From the human T2T-CHM13v2.0 reference genome, Homo sapiens, in assembly GCF_009914755.1 (NCBI RefSeq), contig NC_060926.1: 64,000 nucleotides of DNA. One strand, given 5' to 3'. Below the pieces are notes generated by a model, which was not told where the DNA came from, did no database searches, and saw only the letters and a program-made list of their open reading frames with translations. The translations under genes and the position numbers were made by a program. Positions within the stretch are counted from its first letter, which is position 1, and each line of letters starts with the position of its first letter. Below, one piece after another: positions 55,752 through 64,000 of the stretch.

Positions 55752-57225
55752 TGTTATGGGATCTTTAGGGTGTTGCTTTTCTGGCCAGAAACCTCTGTGG
55801 CCAGTGGTACCTTTGCCCGAGTTCTTGTCCTGTGTCCAGGAAGAATGAGGTACACAGACAAGTAGAAGGTAAACAAGATGAAGAGGAGTTTTATTGAGTG
55901 TTAGAATAGCTCAGAGGAGACCCACAGTGGGTAGCTCCTCTCTGTGGGAAGGTCGTCCTGTTGAGTGTTCAGTTCTCAGCAGAGAGGAGGCCCTGGAGTG
56001 GGCGGTTCCTCTCTGCAGCTGGTTATCCTGTTGTCTGCCGCTATCAGCAGAGATGGTAGCTCCTCTTTGCAGCTAGTCATCCATCCTTTCTGTCATCTCT
56101 CTGTCCTCTGTCCTGCTCTGGCTGAGCCTGGGGCTTTTTTGGGCCTCAGAGCAGGGAAGTGCATGCTGATTGGTCCACAGGCAGCCATGCATGGGCCCAG
56201 GAGAAAGCACCATGATGTCCCCCTCTGGTCCTCAGAACTGGCAGCCCAGCCCCCAGGCTTTATGCCTGCCCTGGCCTGAAGCTGGGGCTTCACTGGGGAC
56301 CCTCCCCCTTCTGCCCAGGAGCCTGTCTGCCTCCCGTGGCCATTCATGGCACCCAGGTTGCTGGCACCAAGGGGCACCTGCAGGCCAGTGCCCAGCTGCC
56401 CTCAACTCTCCTTCAGCTTCTCCTCCCATGCTCCTCAGTGCCCAAAGTCCAGAGGGGGCTGAAGGGGCAGGGGGCTGGCATGTCAGCACTGCCCCAAGTG
56501 TGTGCACACCTGGTTGGGCTGTGAAAGTGCCTGGGCTTGGCCCCACCTCTGCTCTGAGATCAAAGTGGGTGTCAGGAGTGGGGAGAGGCTAGGCAGCAGG
56601 ACCAGAAACCACTGAGCCTGCAAGGACAAGGGTTCCTTCCCAGGCCCCCTCAAGAGTGCCTTCCCAGGCCCCCCCAAGAGTGCAGGGATGCCTAGGTCTG
56701 CAGCCCCAGTTTGGGTGGCTACAGCTGTGCCTGGGGCAGGGGCGGGGCTCCTGCCTGCTCTGCAGAGCGAGATGCCCAGATCTGCAGCCACAATTTGGGC
56801 GGCTGCAGCCCCCTCTCAGGAGGGCAGAGCCCCTGCCTACTCAGTGGAGCAGGAGGCCCAAGTCTGCAGCCACAATTTGGGTGGCTGCAGCCCCCCCTCA
56901 GGAGCACAGGGCCCCTGCCTGCTCAGTGGAGCGGGAGGCCCAGGTCTGCAGCCACAATTTGGGTGGCTGCAGCCCCCTCTCAGGAGGGCAGAGCCCCTGC
57001 CTGCTCAGTGGAGCGGGAGGCCCGGGTCTGCAGCTTTGGGCAGCCGTGCTTAGGGCAGAGTTTGCAGCAGCACCTGGGGAGCTCCCATCCCAACTTGGAA
57101 GAGGTGGGGCTCTCACTTGTCTCCAGCTCCCGCTGGTTCCACAGAATGTGCAACCCCAGCTGCACCTCCCTGTTGCAGCTGATGTGATGGCAGCGGCAGG
57201 CCGCGTGGCACAGCCACTGCCATCA
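55752..57225 (-). mobile_element. MER52 (ERV1) solo LTR with internal 82-bp tandem repeats
   Basis: tgttatgggatc...ctggccagaaacctctgtggcc...ccaggaagaatgaggtac; terminus gccactgccatca; antisense AATAAA (tttatt) near 55890. Confidence 0.85.
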
Positions 57226-57269
57226 GTACTAATACAGGTAAAATACATATGCAGCAAATTAGGTACTTA

Positions 57270-57710
57270 CCATAGTGGGTTGAAGAGTAGCCTGCCCTGC
57301 AAATTCATGTCCACTCAGAACTCAGAGGGCAACTTTATTTAGGAATAAGGTCTTTACAGATGTAATTAAGGTGATAATCTTGAGATCAGATTATCTGCAT
57401 GCGGGGTAGGCCTCAAATCTCATCACTGTTGTCCTTATAAGAGGAGAAGAGGACACAGAGACACAGAGGGAAGGCCGTGTGAAGACAGAGCAGAAGGCAG
57501 AGATTGGAGTGCTGCAGCCACCAGCCAAGGAGGGGCGGAGCCACCCAAAGCTGGGAGAGGCAGGAAGGAGCCTCCCCAAGCCTTCCAAGGGAGCACGGCC
57601 CAGCCCACAGCTTAGTTTTGGACTTCTGTTCTCCAGAGCTGTGAGATAGTGAGTTTCTGTCATTTTACGCCACCCAGTTTGCGGTTACAGTGGCCCTAAG
57701 AAATTAATAC
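57270..57710 (+). mobile_element. MLT1 (MaLR) solo LTR, MLT1C-like
   Basis: ggtctttacagatgtaattaagg...ggcagagattggagtg...agccaagga...gaaattaatac. Confidence 0.85.
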
Positions 57711-58465
57711 CCAGGCACACACAACCAAATCCACAAACAGAATGGACAAGGCCCCCTCAGACATCGATGAAAGCTCCGTTTTGGCCCTGACTGGTTTCTC
57801 TTCCTCTTCCCTGGTGTGGTTAACCTCACTGACTGGTCCCAGCTTCACCTCCAGCTGTTGGTTACACTCCCTGACCCACACTGTTTCCCAATGGACTGAG
57901 GATTTCTAGATTATTCTCCATGGCTGTGAACATTTTCAGAGTTTGCAGTTCATTGTCAGCTAAATGCAGATTGAACTCTGAGTCCGAGATCACACCTGGC
58001 AGGTGCTCTCTGCAGAGTCACCCACTCTGAGCGCCGCCCAGGAAGTGTTGGTCTCCAGAATGCTCTGCCTCTCTGCAAGATGAAAAGAGTTTGAAAGACC
58101 TTCCCAACATGAGTCAGAGATAGAAGGATGTCCAGGCATCGTCACTCTTGAGTCCTCCCAGTTACTCAGCACCAGTCACACCATGACCACATCCTGGGCT
58201 GCTGGACCCAGCTTCCCCTCCCCTCCTATGGCCATCCCACTCCCTCCTCCACTCCTGTCCCCACCTCTCCATCCTTTACCACAGCAGTCTGGAGCAAGGT
58301 TTGCTGTGAAACTGTTTCTTTCTGTATGTGGCCAGTAAAAGCACTTTAAAAATTTGTTGAGTTTTAAAAATTGGGTGATTTTTCATTGTAAGTTGTGTGC
58401 AGTATTCCATTTGTCATCCCTGAGGAGGGATCAGAATGTCTGGACTGAACACTTGCACGACATTA

Positions 58466-58892
58466 GATTAGCTCATCATTGGTGCTGTGGCTGAGGCTAG
58501 CTCACCATTGATGTGCAAATGAGGCTAGCTCACCCTCAGTGTGTGGATAAGGCTAGCTTACTTCTGGAGCTGTGGATGAAGCTAGTCACCGTTGGAGCCA
58601 CTGATGAGGCTAGCTCACTGTTGGTGCTGGTGCTGTGGATGAGGCTAGCTCACCATCAATGTACGGATGAGGCTAGCCCACTGTTGGAGCTACAGATGAG
58701 GCTAGCTCACTGTGGAAGCTATGGATGAGGCTAGTTCACCATTGCGTGTAGATGAGGCTAGCTCACCCCTGGAGCTTTGGTTGAGGGTAGGTCATCATTG
58801 TGTGTGGATAAAGCTAGTTCACTGTGGAAGCTGTGGATGAGGCTAGCTCACCCCTGCACCCATGCCTGAGGCTGGTCACTGTTGGTGCTATG
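58466..58892. repeat. 28-29-bp minisatellite, ~15 copies, conserved core GATGAGGCTAGCTCAC
   Basis: Cores near 58492, 58520, 58548, 58577, 58605, 58640, 58668, 58697, 58726, 58753, 58782, 58810, 58838, 58867. Confidence 0.92.
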
Positions 58893-61199
58893 CAGGATTC
58901 CATCCTCATGCCATTCTGAAGGGGGCAGATTCTCCCCCTGGAAGCCACCTGCAGGGTGAGGGAGCACTGTCTCCCAGGTGGTTTCCTGGCAGGGACGGCT
59001 CCACTCTGCATCCAGCCTGGCTGTGCACCAGCATAGCTCACTGTGTTTCTTTCCTCTAAGATCATCCCCGCAGCTAAAACCCTGTGGCCACTTTTCCTGG
59101 GTGCTTTTCCTGCCGGAAGACAGTCCTGTTTAGGACAAACTTGCATTCCTTTGTTCCCAGCTGACTCAATGTTCAAACAATACAATAAAAAAGTGTCTTC
59201 CTTAAAAAGAAAAAATTCAAAACCAAACCCAGTCCTAAATTCTCACCAGGGAAACTATACTGGATTCTTTGGCTCCTGAAGCTCCCAAAGACCCTAAGCA
59301 TGACATCTCCTCCTGGCATGTCCAGGTCTGGTGTCTGCAGGCATCAGTTGGGCCCCTGGAAGGTTCGCTGGAAGTGGTGGCCTTTGGGATGCAGTTGAAC
59401 GCCTGGGTTGTGAAGATCTCTTTACTGGAGCAACTGGGGCGCACTATCTGTCTGGGGGTGCTGCAAGATGGGATCTTAATAACCACATGCTGCAGGTTGC
59501 CAACTGTCCTTCTGGCCTGTGTCCAAGACCAACGTTTCAGAATCTGCCTCGGTCCCGTGGGCCCCACATGCCCACTGCCTGGAAGAGCAGAGGGGACTCC
59601 TTTCCTCAGGCATTGCAGGCTTGGTATGCCCTTGGTCCCTGAGGCCACCATGTAAGCAGATGCCCTCACTGACACCCCTTGAACCCTGGAAGGGGGCCCC
59701 TGATAAACCCCCCATGGGGCTGTCTTTGAACTTCAGGGCTGCTGGAGCAAAATGACTTCCTGGGAAGCCCGCTGGCCTCGGACGCAGAAACCTGGATCCT
59801 GAGTGGGCTTTCTCTGGCGAACAGCTCCGGCTTTGGACAAGTTTATTAACCTCTCTGGCCCTCAGTTAGTCCATCTGAGACAGGGGCAAGGCCCAGGGTT
59901 AACCTTCAGGAGAGCCTACAGCTCCAGATTGAGCTGCCTCCTGCTTACAGTTAAAACATTGATGAAAATTTACCAAAACACAAAAACTGGCCAACCACAC
60001 TAAAACTTGGTAGAAGAGCCAATTACTAAAGTATGGGACAGATGCTGATTCTGCCATCAACAGAAATGTGCTGAGCCGTCATCCCGAGCTGCGCACACTG
60101 CAGGCGGCATACTGAGCCGGAGGACGGAGGAGCAGCTCCCACTCACCCCACTGGCTGCTCACCCTGGGAGGCCCCCAGCTGCCCGATGTAGAGCTTCCAT
60201 CCTCCTCCGGTCCATCAAGGGACCACCGAAGCCTGGACCCTGCTGGGTTGAGCAAAGGAGCTGGGCTTTTCCCTCCTGGTGCGTCACGTGACTTTAGGAA
60301 GGGCTGTGAGGCGGGCACCTGGAGGGACAGCTTCCTTTGCAGAAGAATCTCAGCCTCTCCATGACTGCTGGGGAGACCAAAGTCCCCAGCTTGGGAGCAG
60401 GCAAGATCTCACCTTCCAGATGCCAGGCCAGGGCTCTGCCGCCAGCCCTTGCTCTGGCGTAGATGGTGGAGCTTGCACACAGCGGGACCCGCCCCTGCAG
60501 AATGAAGGCAGCCCCAGAAAGAAAGGGCGAGGACACCATCTAAATTCCTCCCTGGACAACAAAGATCACAAGCAAAGCTCTGTGAACTGGGCAGGGCAGG
60601 GAGGCTCCATCAGTGTTTGCTGAGTGAATGAATGCAGGAAAAGAAACTTAAATCCTGAGAGGGAAGAACAAACCTGATAAAGCATCTCAAATGAGCAAGA
60701 GAACAGAGATTAAAATGACAAGAAAACCATTTGCTCAAATAATAGGAAATAAAGATACACATTAAAAATAAGAATTGACAAATAAGAGACCAGACCCTGT
60801 GAAACTTCTTAAACATCATTGGAGAGCACTTTCACAATTACCAAGGCTGTGTGAATTTTCTTCTTGATTGTTCCTTTACTGCTGATTTTTTGTTTTAATG
60901 AGTTATGGTGAAATATGTTGCTATAAAGTCTATCTTTTGGACTTAATTAAAGCTTCTTTTCCCGTGGTATGGGAATTTTTTTGGTAAGCATTCTATGAAT
61001 GCTTAAAAAGAAAATTTAGAGCACGAAGTTAAATATCTGCTAATCAAGCATAATGCTGAGTATAATTTATTGAAGGTTTATTTGGTGCCAGGAAGATGAT
61101 GTTCGCACCCATTTGTTCAAGACAACATTTGAGCACCTGCGTTGTGCCAGGCATGCAGCAGTGAATCGCAAGGGTGATATTCTTTGCCTTTCTGAAGCT

Positions 61200-61380
61200 G
61201 CTATTCAATAGGGCTGTTCTTACGGATCTTCTCAGTTAACTCCATGAACTTAACACCTTGGACGGAGACTTAGGTTAAGAAACTTGTCCAGTGACACACT
61301 CAAAATCAAGGGCAAAAGTGGATTTAAAACCAGGCCTTCTATCTGGTTTTAAATGCCCACGTGCTGAACCACTGCCTCAC
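61200..61380 (-). mobile_element. MIR fragment (adjacent L2 tail ~61050-61200)
   Basis: aggttaagaaacttgtcca...ggatttaaaaccagg...gtgctgaaccactg. Confidence 0.5.
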
Positions 61381-61717
61381 ATGGCTTTCCTCGACCCGAC
61401 CAACATATCTCTGGAAATAAGTGCACCCTTTCTTACTCCTGATCTGCCCGCATGGTCAGAAGATCTGTGTTAAAATTTGTCACAAAAATTGAGTTTCTAT
61501 TTGCTCTCGCATTTCTAAGTGTGTTTGATTTATACAAGGCTCATACAAAAAAGTGTGTGACAGGTAGTGTTTTCATTAAGGATTCTTATTATCAATATAG
61601 GTTTCCCTTGGACCCATCTAATGAATTTTAACTGTGACTTTCATTTTATTTTCTATAGTTTTCGAAATTCATGTTTGCTTGTTTTGGCTGATATGTCCTT
61701 CCTTGATGTATTTTTAA

Positions 61718-63826
61718 TCCGTTTTATTGAGTTATAATTTATATTCAATGAATTTTACCGATTTTAGGTATACAATTAAAGGAGTATAGCCTTGGGCATA
61801 ATCAAGATACAGAACAATTTCATGATTCCAGAAAGTTCTTTCATCTCCTTTGCAGCCAATCCCGTTCCACCCAGCCCTGGCAGTGATCGGTCTTCTCCCT
61901 GGTGCTGCAGTTTTGCCTCTTCTAGAGTTTTAAGAATGAAATCATGTGCTGTTTCCTCTCTTGCATCAGACTCCTCTATTCACTTTATGCTTGTGAGATT
62001 CATGCATGATGTTCCACGCAGCCATAATTGTTTCTTTCTTGTTTCTGAACAGCATTCTATTGTACAAATACTGCACAATTTGTTAATCTGTTCCCATGTC
62101 AGTGGACATTTTGGTTGCTTCCAACTTTTGGCTGTTAGCAATAAAGATGCTATAAACATTCACATAAATATCTTTTTGTGCATAAAAGTGAAGTTGCCAG
62201 ATCATTTTGTAAATAAGCAACTGCCAAGCTGTGGTTCCAAGTGGGTTGTAGCACTCTGTGTTTCCACCAGCAACACAGGAGGGTAGAGTTGCTCCACTTT
62301 CTCACCCACGCTTGGTACTGTCTGTCTGCTTAATTCCAGCCTCTCTAGTGAGTACACTGCGGAATCCCACTGTGGTTTTAGTTTGCATTTCCCTAATGAC
62401 TGATGAAGTTGGGAGCCTTTTCATGTGCTTATTAACTATTCATATACCTTCTTAAGTAAAATGTGCATTAAATCTTTTCCCCATTTATTTAATCAGAATG
62501 TTTGTCTTCTTATTATATTGACTTGTAAGAGTCCCATATAGTTTGGATGTGAGTCCTTAATCAGATAGATGTGAAAATATTTTCTTCAAGAATGCATCAT
62601 CCATCTTAAAGTTATAAATAGTGCCTTGAAAGGAACAAATCTTTTTAGTTTTCATAAAGTCTAATCTATCAATTTTTTTGGCCTACTTTATGTCCTAAAT
62701 AAGAAATTTTTTCTAATCATCTGTTTCTCCTATGTTTTCTTACAGGAAATGTTAGGGTTTTAGCTTTTATATTTAGGTTTACAGTTCACTTCAAGTTAAT
62801 TTTTGTATGTGGTGTGAGGTAAGGGTAGAGGTTCTTTTATTTTACACAGATATACCCATGGTTCCAGCACCATTGCTGGAAGGCTGTCCTTCCTTCCAGT
62901 GAATTATCTTGGCACCTCTGTTGAAAATCTAGTGACCACATATGCTCGAGTGTTTTTCTGGGCTCTGTTCTGTTCCATATATCTACACAGCTGTCCTTAT
63001 GCCAGTGCTGCACAGCCTTGATATCTGTAGTTTTATACAAAGCCTTGAAATCAGGTAGCATATGTCTTCCAACTTTGCTCTTTTTACTTAAAGAAATAAA
63101 TGTTTTGACTATTGCCCATCCTTTGCATTTCTCTATAAATACCAAATCAGCTTGCTGAATTCTACAAAACAGAAAGCTGCTAGAATTTTTCTTAGGATTG
63201 CATTAATCATAGATCAATTTGAGGAGAACTGACATCTTAATGGTATAGACTTTTGATTCATGAACATGATATAATGTTCTATTGAGATAAATCTTTAATT
63301 TCTGTGTATTTTTCTTCTTTTTCAGTGCACTAGTCTTGTACTTTTTTGTTATACTAATTTTACAGTACTTTGTATTTTTATTTTCTTATAAATGATAGTT
63401 TCTGAGAAAGTTCAATTCCCATTTAATTCTTGTTAGTGTATAGAAATACAATTGAGTTTTGAACCTTGACCTGCTCTTCTTCAACCTTGCCAAACTTACT
63501 TATTTCTCCTCATAGCTTATTACTAGATCTTTTCAGATTTTCTCTATAGAAGATCTTATCACCTGTGAATTAAGACAGTTGTATTTCTTCATTTGCAACC
63601 TGTATGAATTCCATTTCTTTCCCTTGCCCCATTGCCCTGGCCAGTGCCTCCAGCACAATGTCCAACAGAAGTGGTGAGAGCAGACACCCTGGCCTCACTC
63701 CTGATCATAGAGAGAACGCATTCTGCCTCCTTAACGTAAATTATATAAGCTGTAGATTTTTAGTAGATGTAATTTGTTGAGTTGAAAAATCCTTTGTTTC
63801 TCCTGGTTTCTGGAAGTTTTTTTTTT
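61718..63826 (-). mobile_element. Old L1M (L1MB/ME-type) 3' UTR plus ORF2 remnant, antisense
   Basis: ttttattgagttataattt 3' terminus; gtggttttagtttgcatttccctaatgact; ORF2 remnant LPDFKALYKTTDIKAVQHWHK. Confidence 0.88.
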
Positions 63827-63830
63827 TTAA

Positions 63831-64000
63831 CCCTTTTCCTGTTTTCACTGAGAATATTCACTGGGAGCGCTTGCAGCCAGTGTTTACCCTGAGACAACTT
63901 TGCCATTAAATATCTCGCTTTTATGATTATTTTCGCATTGCTCTAGGATATCAACTTTGGGAACAAAAGACATTATTCTATTTATAGGATTCTGTTTTTA
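63831..64000 (+). mobile_element. MER75 piggyBac-family MITE, left end (runs off the window)
   Basis: TTAA target (63827-63830), then cccttttcc TIR and gtttaccctgagacaactttgcca...aaatatctcgctttta...aacaaaagacattattctatttatag matching MER75. Confidence 0.85.

Noticed and set aside
58466-58892. CRISPR-like look (palindromic repeat plus variable spacers)
   Set aside because: Spacers are only ~12 nt and related to each other, repeats are degenerate, there are no cas genes and the context is mammalian; it is a minisatellite
61322-61354. Perfect 12-bp stem hairpin atttaaaaccag-N9-ctggttttaaat
   Set aside because: Short, AT-rich and within a decayed MIR; no evidence of function, and a bacterial-type terminator is irrelevant here

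Overview
Human (or very close great-ape) genomic DNA, essentially non-coding. I recognise 19487-~20185 as the terminal, purely 3'-UTR exon of TWIST2 (chr2q37.3, + strand). This is recall of the mRNA sequence, not a database search, but a branch point, acceptor and two AATAAA signals are visible. Bases 1-19486 are therefore the distal part of the large TWIST2 intron. The rest is downstream sequence, probably including the antisense lncRNA LINC01940/FLJ43879, with dense retroelements and DNA transposons (Alu, L1, L2, MIR, MaLR/ERVL/ERV1 LTRs, MER20, MER75). No ORF in the track is a credible protein; most long ones are translations of TG/CA repeats or Alus. No CRISPR or other prokaryotic system is present. 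The most unusual structure is a ~2.5-kb fold-back (16419-18888): a complex CA minisatellite and its inverted TG copy around a ~70-bp spacer, ~600 bp upstream of the last-exon acceptor. It sits in a field of alternating-polarity UG/CA tracts with a Z-DNA-type tract. Other oddities are a diverged inverted duplication at 318-1342, a ~70-bp polyadenylated MER41 retrocopy with TSDs, VNTRs born inside LTRs, a palindromic-core minisatellite and a possible very old RT relic. Repeat subfamily calls come from remembered consensus sequences and need RepeatMasker/Dfam confirmation.
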